A stretch of DNA of 64,000 nucleotides from Auanema rhodensis (Eukaryota > Animalia > Nematoda): assembly GCA_964057225.1 (NCBI GenBank), contig OZ059897.1, positions 10,726,001 to 10,790,000 on the forward strand, in the 5' to 3' direction. The position numbers and the translations under genes were made by a program. Within the stretch, counting starts at the first letter, position 1. Every line of letters starts with the position of its first letter. Below, piece after piece: positions 50,901 through 64,000 of this stretch. The notes under the pieces were generated by a model. It ran no database searches, was not told the origin of the DNA, and saw only the letters and a list, made by a program, of their open reading frames with translations.

Positions 50901-53900
50901 TAAGTTCTAACAATTTTTGATTTAATCACGTTCAATTAACTGTATTGTTTTCAAAAATAAAGACAAAATTCAATTTCTGTTCATTGAATTAGAATTTTCA
51001 TGTTGTCACCCAGAAATTGAAGATTCTTAGTTCAATTCAGTAACAATGAACACACTAACTTTGTTAAGTTGTTGTGATATCGGCCCAAGTAATATAGTGG
51101 TTAGTACTCCACGTTGTGGCCGTGGCGACACAGATTCGATTCCTGTCTTGGGCATTTTTTGTTTTGAAATTAAAATGCTACAAAATTATTGCTTGCTTGT
51201 CATGTTAGATTTGTTTAATTCAAATACTTATTTAAGTTCTAACAATTATCGATTTAATCACGTTCAATCAACTGTATTGTTTTCAAAAATAAAGACATCT
51301 TTCAATTTCTGGTCATTGAATTAGAATTTTCATGTTGTCACACAGAAATTGAAGAATCTTAGTTCAATTCAGTAACAATGAACACACTAACTTTGTTAAG
51401 TTGTTGTAATATCGGCCCAAGTAGTATAGTGGTTAGTACTCCACGTTGTGGCCGTGGCGACACAGGTTCGACTCCTGTCTTGGGCATTTTTTGTTTTGAA
51501 ATTTAAATGCTATAAACATATTGCTTGCTTGTCATGTTAGAGTTCTTTAATTTGAATACTTATTCAAGTTATAACAATTTTTGATTTAATCACGTTCAAT
51601 TAACTGTATTGTTTTCAAAAATAAAGACATCTTTCAATTTCTGGTCATTGAATTAGAATTTTCATGTTGTCACACAGAAATTGAAGAATCTTAGTTCATT
51701 TCAGTAACAATGAACACACTAACTTTGTTAAGTTGTTGTAATATCGGCCCAAGTACTATAGTGGTTAGTACTCCACGTTGTGGCCGTGGCGACACAGGTT
51801 CGATTCCTGTCTTGGGCATTTTTTGTTTTGAAATTAAAATGCTATAAAATTATTGCTTGCTTGTCTTGTTAGATTTTTTTAATTCAAATACTTATTTAAG
51901 TTCTAACAATTTTCGATTTAATCACGTTCAATCAACTGTATTGTTTTCAAAAATAAAGACATCTTTCAATTTCTGGTCATTGAATTAGAATTTTCATGTT
52001 GTCACACAGAAATTGAAGAATCTTAGTTCATTTCAGTAACAATGAACACACTAACTTTGTTAAGTTGTTGTAATATCGGCCCAAGTAGTATGGTGGTTAG
52101 TACTCCACGTTGTGGCCGTGGCGACACAGATTCGATTCCTGTCTTGGGCATTTTTTGTTTTGAAATTAAAGTGCTATAAACATATTGCTTGCTTGTCATG
52201 TTAGATTTGTTTAATCCAAATACTTATTTAAGTTCTATCAATTTTCGATTTAATCACGTTCAATCAACTGTATTGTTTTCAAAAATAAAGACATCTTTCA
52301 ATTTCTGGTCATTGAATTAGAATTTTCATGTTGTCACACAGAAATTGAAGAATCTTAGTTCATTTCAGTAACAATGAACACACTAACTTTGTTAAGTTGT
52401 TGTAATATTGGCCCAAGTAGTATAGTGATTAGTACTCCACGTTGTGGCCGTGGCGACACAGGTTCGATTCCTGTCTTGGGCATTTTTTGTTTTGAAATTT
52501 AAATGCTATAAAATTATTGCTTGCTTGTCATGTTAGATTTGTTTAATTCAAATACTTATTTAAGTTCTAACCATTTTTGATTTAATCACGTTCAATTAAC
52601 TGTATTGTTTTCAAAAATAAAGACAAAATTCAATTTCTGTTCATTGAATTAGAATTTTCATGTTGTCACCCAGAAATTGAAGATTCTTAGTTCAATTCAG
52701 TAACAATGAACACACTAACTTTGTTAAGTTGTTGTGATATCGGCCTAAGTAATATAGTGGTTAGTACTCCACGTTGTGGCCGTGGCGACACAGATTCGAT
52801 TCCTGTCTTGGGCATTTTTTGTTTTGAAATTAAAATGCTACAAAATTATTGCTTGCTTGTCATGTTAGATTTGTTTAATTCAAATACTTATTTAAGTTCT
52901 AACAATTATCGTTTTAATCACGTTCAATCAACTGTATTGTTTTCAAAAATAAAGACATCTTTCAATTTCTGGTCATTGAATAAGAATTTTCATGTTGTCA
53001 CACAGAAAATGGAAAAATCTTAGTTCAATTCAGTAACAACGAACACAATAACTTTGTTAAGTTGTTGTAATATCGGCCCAAGTAATATAGTGGTTAGTAC
53101 TCCACGTTGTGGCCGTGGCGACACAGATTCGATTCCTGTTTTGGGCATTTTTTGTTTTGAAATTTAAATGCTATAAACATATTGCTTGCTTGTCATGTTA
53201 GATTTGTTTATTTTAAATACTTATTTAAGTTCTATCAATTTTCGATTTAATCACGTTCAATCAACTGTATTGTTTTCAAAAATAAAGACATCTTTCAATT
53301 TCTGGTCATTGAATTAGAATTTTCATGTTGTCACACAGAAATTGAAGAATCTTAGTTCATTTCAGTAACAATGAACACACTAACTTTGTTAAGTTGTTGT
53401 AATATCGGCCCAAGTAGTATAGTGGTTAGTACTCCACGTTGTGGCCGTGGCGACACAGGTTCGATTCCTGTCTTGGGCATTTTTTGTTTTGAAATTTAAA
53501 TGCTATAAACATATTGCTTGCTTGTCATGTTAGATTTCTTCAATTTGAATACTTATTCAAGTTATAACAATTTTTGATTTAATCACGTTCAATTAACTGT
53601 ATTGTTTTCAAAAATAAAGACATCTTTCAATTTCTGGTCATTGAATTAGAATTTTCATGTTGTCACACAGAAATTGAAGAATCTTAGTTCATTTCAGTAA
53701 CAATGAACACACTAACTTTGTTAAGTTGTTGTAATATCGGCCCAAGTAGTATGGTGGTTAGTACTCCACGTTGTGGCCGTGGCGACACAGATTCGATTCC
53801 TGTCTTGGGCATTTTTTGTTTTGAAATTAAAGTGCTATAAACATATTGCTTGCTTGTCATGTTAGATTTGTTTAATCCAAATACTTATTTAAGTTCTATC

Positions 53901-56900
53901 AATTTTCGATTTAATCACGTTCAATCAACTGTAGTGTTTTCAAAAATAAAGACATCTTTCAATTTCTGGTCATTGAATTAGAATTTTCATGTTGTCACAC
54001 AGAAAAATTGAAGAATCTTAGTTCATTTCAGTAACAATGAACACACTAACTTTGTTAAGTTGTTGTAATATCGGCCCAAGTAGTATAGTGGTTAGTACTC
54101 CACGTTGTGGCCGTGGCGACACAGGTTCGATTCCTGTCTTGGGCATTTTTTGTTTTGAAATTTAAATGCTACAAAATTATTGCTTGCTTGTCATGTTAGA
54201 TTTGTTTAATTCAAATACTTATTTAAGTTCTAACAATTATCGTTTTAATCACGTTCAATCAACTGTATTGTTTTCAAAAATAAAGACATCTTTCAATTTC
54301 TGGTCATTGAATTAGAATTTTCATGTTGTCACACAGAAAATGGAAAAATCTTAGTTCAATTCAGTAACAACGAACACACTAACTTTGTTAAGTTGTTGTA
54401 ATATCGGCCCAAGTAATATAGTGGTTAGTACTCCACGTTGTGGCCGTGGCGACACAGATTCGATTCCTGTTTTGGGCATTTTTTGTTTTGAAATTTAAAT
54501 GCTATAAACATATTGCTTGCTTGTCATGTTAGATTTGTTTATTTCAAATACTTATTTAAGTTCTATCAATTTTCGATTTAATCACGTTCAATCAACTGTA
54601 TTGTTTTCAAAAATAAAGACATCTTTCAATTTCTGGTCATTGAATTAGAATTTTCATGTTGTCACACAGAAATTGAAGAATCTTAGTTCATTTCAGTAAC
54701 AATGAACACACTAACTTTGTTAAGTTGTTGTAATCTCGGCCCAAGTAGTATAGTGGTTAGTACTCCACGTTGTGGCCGTGGCGACACAGGTTCGATTCCT
54801 GTCTTGGGCATTTTTTGTTTTGAAATTTAAATGCTATAAACATATTGCTTGCTTGTCATGTTAGATTTCTTCAATTTGAATACTTATTCAAGTTATAACA
54901 ATTTTTGATTTAATCACGTTCAATTAACTGTATTGTTTTCAAAAATAAAGACATCTTTCAATTTCTGGTCATTGAATTAGAATTTTCATGTTGTCACACA
55001 GAAATTGAAGAATCTTAGTTCATTTCAGTAACAATGAACACACTAACTTTGTTAAGTTGTTGTAATATCGGCCCAAGTAGTATGGTGGTTAGTACTCCAC
55101 GTTGTGGCCGTGGCGACACAGATTCGATTCCTGTCTTGGGCATTTTTTGTTTTGAAATTAAAGTGCTATAAACATATTGCTTGCTTGTCATGTTAGATTT
55201 GTTTAATCCAAATACTTATTTAAGTTCTATCAATTTTCGATTTAATCACGTTCAATTAACTATATTCTTTTCAAAAATGAAGACATCTTTCAATTTTTGG
55301 TCATTGATTAGAATTTTCATGTTGTCACACAGAAATTGAAGAATCTTAGTTCATTTCAGTAACAATGAACACATTAACTTTGTTAAGTTGTTGTAATATG
55401 GGCCAAGTAGTATAGTGGTTAGTACTCCACGTTGTGGCCGTGGCGACACAGGTTCAATTCCTGTCTTGGGCATTTTTTGTTTTGAAATTAAAATGCTATA
55501 AACATATTGCTTGCTTGTCATGTTAGATTTGTTTAATTCAAATACTTATTTAAGTTCTAACAATTTTTGATTTAATCACGTTCAATTAACAGTATTGTTT
55601 TCAAAAATAAAGACATCTTTCAATTTCTGGTCATTGAATTAGAATTTTCATGTTGTCACACAGAAATTGAAGAATCTTAGTTCATTTTAGTAACAATGAA
55701 CACACTAACTTTGTTAAGTTGTTGTAATATCGGCCCAAGTAGTATGGTGGTTAGTACTCCACGTTGTGGCCGTGGCGACACAGATTCGATTCCTGTCTTG
55801 GGCATTTTTTGTTTTGAAATTAAAGTGCTATAAACATATTGCTTGCTTGTCATGTTAGATTTGTTTAATCCAAATACTTATTTAAGTTCTATCAATTTTC
55901 GATTTAATCACGTTCAATCAACTGTATTGTTTTCAAAAATAAAGACATCTTTCAATTTCTGGTCATTGAATTAGAATTTTCATGTTGTCACACAGAAATT
56001 GAAGAATCTTAGTTCATTTCAGTAACAATGAACACACTAACTTTGTTAAGTTGTTGTAATATCGGCCCAAGTAGTATGGTGGTTAGTACTCCACGTTGTG
56101 GCCGTGGCGACACAGATTCGATTCCTGTCTTGGGCATTTTTTGTTTTGAAATTAAAGTGCTATAAACATATTGCTTGCTTGTCATGTTAGATTTGTTTAA
56201 TTCAAATACTTATTTAAGTTCTATCAATTTTTGATTTAATCACGTTCAATTAACTATATTGTTTTCAAAAATGAAGACATCTTTCAATTTTTGGTCATTG
56301 ATTAGAATTTTCATGTTGTCACACAGAAATTGAAGAATCTTAGTTCATTTCAGTAACAATGAACACATTAACTTTGTTAAGTTGTTGTAATATGGGCCAA
56401 GTAGTATAGTGGTTAGTACTCCACGTTGTGGCCGTGGCGACACAGGTCCGATTCCTGTCTTGGGCATTTTTTGTTTTGAAATTTAAATGCTATAAAATTA
56501 TTGCTTGCTTGTCATGTTAGATTTGTTTAATTCAAATACTTATTTAAGTTCTAACAATTTTTGATTTAATCACGTTCAATTAACTGTATTGTTTTCAAAA
56601 ATAAAGACATCTTTCAATTTCTGGTCATTGAATTAGAATTTTCATGTTGTCACACAGGAAATGAAGAATCTTAGTTCATTTCAGTAACAATGAACACAAT
56701 AATTTTGTTTAGTTTGTAATACCGGCCCAAGTAGTATAGTGGTTAGTACTCCACGTTGTGGCCGTGGCGACACAGGTTCGATTCCTGTCTTGGGCATTTT
56801 TTGTTTTGAAATTTAAATGCTATAAAATTATTGCTTGCTTGTCATGTTAGATTTGTTTAATTCAAATACTTATTTAAGTTCTAACAATTTTTGATTTAAT

Positions 56901-59900
56901 CACGTTCAATTAACTGTATTGTTTTCAAAAATAAAGACATCTTTCAATTTCTGGTCATTGAATTAGAATTTTCATGTTGTCACACAGGAAATGAAGAATC
57001 TTAGTTCATTTCAGTAACAATGAACACACTAACTTTGTTAAGTTGTTGTAATATCGGCCCAAGTAGTATAGTGGTTAGTACTCCACGTTGTGGCCGTGGC
57101 GACACAGGTTCGATTCCTGTCTTGGGCATTTTTTGTTTTGAAATTTAAATGCTATAAACATATTGCTTGCTTGTCATGTTAGATTTCTTCAATTTGAATA
57201 CTTATTCAAGTTATAACAATTTTTGATTTAATCACGTTCAATTAACTGTATTGTTTTCAAAAATAAAGACATCTTTCAATTTCTGGTCATTGAATTAGAA
57301 TTTTCATGTTGTCACACAGAAATTGAAGAATCTTAGTTCATTTCAGTAACAATGAACACACTAACTTTGTTAAGTTGTTGTAATATCGGCCCAAGTAGTA
57401 TGGTGGTTAGTACTCCACGTTGTGGCCGTGGCGACACAGATTCGATTCCTGTCTTGGGCATTTTTTGTTTTGAAATTAAAGTGCTATAAACATATTGCTT
57501 GCTTGTCATGTTAGATTTGTTTAATTCAAATACTTATTTAAGTTCTATCAATTTTTGATTTAATCACGTTCAATTAACTATATTGTTTTCAAAAATGAAG
57601 ACATCTTTCAATTTTTGGTCATTGATTAGAATTTTCATGTTGTCACACAGAAATTGAAGAATCTTAGTTCATTTCAGTAACAATGAACACATTAACTTTG
57701 TTAAGTTGTTGTAATATGGGCCAAGTAGTATAGTGGTTAGTACTCCACGTTGTGGCCGTGGCGACACAGGTTCAATTCCTGTCTTGGGCATTTTTTGTTT
57801 TGAAATTAAAATGCTATAAACATATTGCTTGCTTGTCATGTTAGATTTGTTTAATTCAAATACTTATTTAAGTTCTAACAATTTTTGATTTAATCACGTT
57901 CAATTAACAGTATTGTTTTCAAAAATAAAGACATCTTTCAATTTCTGGTCATTGAATTAGAATTTTCATGTTGTCACACAGAAATTGAAGAATCTTAGTT
58001 CATTTCAGTAACAATGAACACACTAACTTTGTTAAGTTGTTGTAATATCGGCCCAAGTAGTATGGTGGTTAGTACTCCACGTTGTGGCCGTGGCGACACA
58101 GATTCGATTCCTGTCTTGGGCATTTTTTGTTTTGAAATTAAAGTGCTATAAACATATTGCTTGCTTGTCATGTTAGATTTGTTTAATCCAAATACTTATT
58201 TAAGTTCTATCAATTTTCGATTTAATCACGTTCAATCAACTGTATTGTTTTCAAAAATAAAGACATCTTTCAATTTCTGGTCATTGAATTAGAATTTTCA
58301 TGTTGTCACACAGAAATTGAAGAATCTTAGTTCATTTCAGTAACAATGAACACACTAACTTTGTTAAGTTGTTGTAATATCGGCCCAAGTAGTATAGTGG
58401 TTAGTACTCCACGTTGTGGCCGTGGCGACACAGATTCGATTCCTGTCTTGGGCATTTTTTGTTTTGAAATTTAAATGCTATAAACATATTGCTTGCTTGT
58501 CATGTTAGATTTCTTCAATTTGAATACTTATTCAAGTTATAACAATTTTTGATTTAATCACGTTCAATTAACTGTATTGTTTTCAAAAATAAAGACATCT
58601 TTCAATTTCTGGTCATTGAATTAGAATTTTCATGTTGTCACACAGAAATTGAAGAATCTTAGTTCATTTCAGTAACAATGAACACACTAACTTTGTTAAG
58701 TTGTTGTAATATCGGCCCAAGTAGTATGGTGGTTAGTACTCCACGTTGTGGCCGTGGCGACACAGATTCGATTCCTGTCTTGGGCATTTTTTGTTTTGAA
58801 ATTAAAGTGCTATAAACATATTGCTTGCTTGTCATGTTAGATTTGTTTAATTCAAATACTTATTTAAGTTCTATCAATTTTTGATTTAATCACGTTCAAT
58901 TAACTATATTGTTTTCAAAAATGAAGACATCTTTCAATTTTTGGTCATTGATTAGAATTTTCATGTTGTCACACAGAAATTGAAGAATCTTAGTTCATTT
59001 CAGTAACAATGAACACATTAACTTTGTTAAGTTGTTGTAATATGGGCCAAGTAGTATAGTGGTTAGTACTCCACGTTGTGGCCGTGGCGACACAGGTTCG
59101 ATTCCTGTCTTGGGCATTTTTTGTTTTGAAATTTAAATGCTATAAAATTATTGCTTGCTTGTCATGTTAGATTTGTTTAATTCAAATACTTATTTAAGTT
59201 CTAACAATTTTTGATTTAATCACGTTCAATTAACTGTATTGTTTTCAAAAATAAAGACATCTTTCAATTTCTGGTCATTGAATTAGAATTTTCATGTTGT
59301 CACACAGGAAATGAAGAATCTTAGTTCATTTCAGTAACAATGAACACAATAATTTTGTTTAGTTTGTAATACCGGCCCAAGTAGTATAGTGGTTAGTACT
59401 CCACGTTGTGGCCGTGGCGACACAGGTTCGATTCCTGTCTTGGGCATTTTTTGTTTTGAAATTTAAATGCTATAAAATTATTGCTTGCTTGTCATGTTAG
59501 ATTTGTTTAATTCAAATACTTATTTAAGTTCTAACAATTTTTGATTTAATCACGTTCAATTAACTGTATTGTTTTCAAAAATAAAGACATCTTTCAATTT
59601 CTGGTCATTGAATTAGAATTTTCATGTTGTCACACAGGAAATGAAGAATCTTAGTTCATTTCAGTAACAATGAACACACTAACTTTGTTAAGTTGTTGTA
59701 ATATCGGCCCAAGTAGTATAGTGGTTAGTACTCCACGTTGTGGCCGTGGCGACACAGGTTCGATTCCTGTCTTGGGCATTTTTTGTTTTGAAATTTAAAT
59801 GCTATAAAATTATTGCTTGCTTGTCATGTTAGATTTGTTTAATTCAAATACTTATTTAAGTTCTATAAATTTTTGATTTAATCACGTTCAATTAACTGTA

Positions 59901-62900
59901 TTGTTTTCAAAAATAAAGACATCTTTCAATTTCTGGTCATTGAATTAGAATTTTCATGTTGTCACACAGGAAATGAAGAATCTTAGTTCATTTCAGTAAC
60001 AATGAACACAATAATTTTGTTTAGTTTGTAATACCGGCCCAAGTAGTATAGTGGTTAGTACTCCACGTTGTGGCCGTGGCGACACAGGTTCGATTCCTGT
60101 CTTGGGCATTTTTTGTTTTGAAATTTAAATGCTATAAAATTATTGCTTGCTTGTCATGTTAGATTTGTTTAATTTAAATACTCATTTAAGTTCCAACAAT
60201 TTTCGATTAAATCACGTTCATTTAACTGTATTGTTTTCAAAAATAAAGACAAAATTCAATTTCTGTTCATTGAATTAGAATTTTCATGTTGTCACACAGA
60301 AATTGAAGAATCTTAGTTCATTTCAGTAACAATGAACACACTATCTTTGTTAAGTTGTTGTAATATCGGCCCAAGTAGTATAGTGGTTAGTACTCCACGT
60401 TGTGGCCGTGGCGACATAGGTTCGATTCCTGTCTTGGGCATTTTTTGTTTTGAAATTTAAATGCTATGAAATTATTGCTTGCTTGTCATGTTAGATTTGT
60501 TTAATTTAAATACTCGTTTAAGTTCCAACAATTTTTGATTAAATCACGTTCAATTAACTGTATTGTTTTCAAAAATAAAGACATCTTTCAATTTCTGGTC
60601 ATTGAATTAGAATTTTCATGTTGTCACACAGAAATTGAAGAATCTTAGTTCATTTCAGTAACAATGAACACACTAACTTTGTTAAGTTGTTGTAATATCG
60701 GCCCAAGTAGTATGGTGGTTAGTACTCCACGTTGTGGCCGTGGCGACACAGATTCGATTCCTGTCTTGGGCATTTTTTGTTTTGAAATTAAAGTGCTATA
60801 AACATATTGCTTGCTTGTCATGTTAGATTTGTTTAATCCAAATACTTATTTAAGTTCTATCAATTTTCGATTTAATCACGTTCAATCAACTGTATTGTTT
60901 TCAAAAATAAAGACATCTTTCAATTTCTGGTCATTGAATTAGAATTTTCATGTTGTCACACAGAAATTGAAGAATCTTAGTTCATTTCAGTAACAATGAA
61001 CACACTAACTTTGTTAAGTTGTTGTAATATCGGCCCAAGTAGTATAGTGGTTAGTACTCCACGTTGTGGCCGTGGCGACACAGATTCGATTCCTGTCTTG
61101 GGCATTTTTTGTTTTGAAATTTAAATGCTATAAACATATTGCTTGCTTGTCATGTTGGATTTCTTCAATTTGAAAACTTATTCAAGTTATAACAATTTTT
61201 GATTTAATCACGTTCAATTAACTGTATTGTTTTCAAAAATAAAGACATCTTTCAATTTCTGGTCATTGAATTAGAATTTTCATGTTGTCACACAGAAATT
61301 GAAGAATCTTAGTTCATTTCAGTAACAATGAACATACTAACTTTGTTAAGTTGTTGTAATATCGGCCCAAGTAGTATGGTGGTTAGTACTCCACGTTGTG
61401 GCCGTGGCGACACAGATTCGATTCCTGTCTTGGGCATTTTTTGTTTTGAAATTAAAGTGCTATAAACATATTGCTTGCTTGTCATGTTAGATTTGTTTAA
61501 TTCAAATACTTATTTAAGTTCTATCAATTTTTGATTTAATCACGTTCAATTAACTATATTGTTTTCAAAAATGAAGACATCTTTCAATTTTTGGTCATTG
61601 ATTAGAATTTTCATGTTGTCACACAGAACTTGAAGAATCTTAGTTCATTTCAGTAACAATGAACACATTAACTTTGTTAAGTTGTTGTAATATCGGCCCA
61701 AGTAGTATAGTGGTTAGTACTCCACGTTGTGGCCGTGGCGACACAGGTTCAATTCCTGTCTTGGGCATTTTTTGTTTTGAAATTAAAATGCTATAAACAT
61801 ATTGCTTGCTTGTCATGTTAGATTTGTTTAATTCAAATACTTATTTAAGTTCTAACAATTTTTGATTTAATCACGTTCAATTAACAGTATTGTTTTCAAA
61901 AATGAAGACATCTTTCAATTTTTGGTCATTGATTAGAATTTTCATGTTGTCACACAGAAATTGAAGAATCTTAGTTCATTTCAGTAACAATGAACACACT
62001 AACTTTGTTAAGTTGTTGTAATATCGGCCCAAGTAGTATAGTGGTTAGTACTCCACGTTGTGGCCGTGGCGACACAGGTTCGATTCCTGTCTTGGGCATT
62101 TTTTGTTTTGAAATTTAAATGCTATAAAATTATTGCTTGCTTGTCATGTTAGATTTGTTTAATTCAAATACTTATTTAAGTTCTAACAATTTTTGATTTA
62201 ATCACGTTCAATTAACTGTATTGTTTTCAAAAATAAAGACATCTTTCAATTTCTGGTCATTGAATTAGAATTTTCATGTTGTCACACAGGAAATGAAGAA
62301 TCTTAGTTCATTTCAGTAACAATGAACACAATAATTTTGTTTAGTTTGTAATACCGGCCCAAGTAGTATAGTGGTTAGTACTCCACGTTGTGGCCGTGGC
62401 GACACAGGTTCGATTCCTGTCTTGGGCATTTTTTGTTTTGAAATTTAAATGCTATAAAATTATTGCTTGCTTGTCATGTTAGATTTGTTTAATTCAAATA
62501 CTTATTTAAGTTCTAACAATTTTTGATTTAATCACGTTCAATTAACTGTATTGTTTTCAAAAATAAAGACATCTTTCAATTTCTGGTCATTGAATTAGAA
62601 TTTTCATGTTGTCACACAGGAAATGAAGAATCTTAGTTCATTTCAGTAACAATGAACACACTAACTTTGTTAAGTTGTTGTAATATCGGCCCAAGTAGTA
62701 TAGTGGTTAGTACTCCACGTTGTGGCCGTGGCGACACAGGTTCGATTCCTGTCTTGGGCATTTTTTGTTTTGAAATTTAAATGCTATAAAATTATTGCTT
62801 GCTTGTCATGTTAGATTTGTTTAATTCAAATACTTATTTAAGTTCTAACAATTTTTGATTTAATCACGTTCAATTAACTGTATTGTTTTCAAAAATAAAG

Positions 62901-64000
62901 ACATCTTTCAATTTCTGGTCATTGAATTAGAATTTTCATGTTGTCACACAGAAATTGAAGAATCTTAGTTCATTTCAGTAACAATGAACACACTAACTTT
63001 GTTAAGTTGTTGTAATATCGGCCCAAGTAGTATAGTGGTTAGTACTCCACGTTGTGGCCGTGGCGACACAGGTTCGATTCCTGTCTTGGGCATTTTTTGT
63101 TTTGAAATTTAAATGCTATAAAATTATTGCTTGCTTGTCATGTTAGATTTGTTTAATTCAAATACTTATTTAAGTTCTAACAATTTTTGATTTAATCACG
63201 TTCAATTAACTGTATTGTTTTCAAAAATAAAGACATCTTTCAATTTCTGGTCATTGAATTAGAATTTTCATGTTGTCACACAGGAAATGAAGAATCTTAG
63301 TTCATTTCAGTAACAATGAACACAATAATTTTGTTTAGTTTGTAATACCGGCCCAAGTAGTATAGTGGTTAGTACTCCACGTTGTGGCCGTGGCGACACA
63401 GGTTCGATTCCTGTCTTGGGCATTTTTTGTTTTGAAATTTAAATGCTATAAAATTATTGCTTGCTTGTCATGTTAGATTTGTTTAATTCAAATACTTATT
63501 TAAGTTCTAACAATTTTTGATTTAATCACGTTCAATTAACTGTATTGTTTTCAAAAATAAAGACATCTTTCAATTTCTGGTCATTGAATTAGAATTTTCA
63601 TGTTGTCACACAGGAAATGAAGAATCTTAGTTCATTTCAGTAACAATGAACACACTAACTTTGTTAAGTTGTTGTAATATCGGCCCAAGTAGTATAGTGG
63701 TTAGTACTCCACGTTGTGGCCGTGGCGACACAGGTTCGATTTCTGTCTTGGGCATTTTTTGTTTTGAAATTTAAATGCTATAAACATATTGCTTGCTTGT
63801 CTTGTTAGATTTGTTTAATTCAAATACTTATTTAAGTTCTAACAATTTTCGATTTAATCACGTTCAATCAACTATATTGTTTTCAAAAATGAAGACATCT
63901 TTCAATTTTTGGTCATTGATTAGAATTTTCATGTTGTCACACAGAAATTGAAGAATCTTAGTTCATTTCAGTAACAATGAACACACTAACTTTGTTAAGT
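29908..64000 (+). repeat. tRNA-His array segment 3 (~102 units; runs off the right edge)
   Basis: Continuous ~332-bp periodicity with the same unit variants as segment 1. Confidence 0.98.
41806..41877 (+). pseudogene. Mutated tRNA copy with anticodon GTC (Asp), an anticodon-stem mismatch and G53A
   Basis: Reads CCACG-TT-GTC-GC-AGTGG and ACAGATTCG. Confidence 0.75.

Overview
AT-rich eukaryotic genomic DNA; the host is unidentified and a nematode is only a tentative inference. About 50 kb of the window is a head-to-tail array of ~332-bp units. Each unit carries one + strand tRNA-His(GTG) gene (72 nt, genomic G at -1, T6 terminator); I estimate ~150 copies, many with A/B-box or stem variants, arranged in higher-order repeats. 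Two related Ty3/Gypsy (Metaviridae)-type LTR elements interrupt the array 1.2 kb apart, head-to-head. Element 1 (14679-24854, minus strand, 383-bp LTRs identical by eye) has one 2462-aa ORF in the order Gag - internal signal peptide - herpes gB-like class III fusion glycoprotein - TM anchor - PTAP - protease - RT - RNase H - integrase. The envelope protein therefore sits in frame between Gag and Pol, which is the main candidate novel system here. Element 2 (26022-29907, plus strand, 337-bp LTRs) is an internally deleted relative inserted in the T-loop/B-box of a tRNA gene. Both elements share a tRNA-Gln PBS, LTRs ending in CG, a CG-AGGA-CG hairpin near the 3' LTR and a Ser/Pro-rich upstream frame with no 5' AUG. 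All calls are by-eye motif recognition; no searches or alignments were run.
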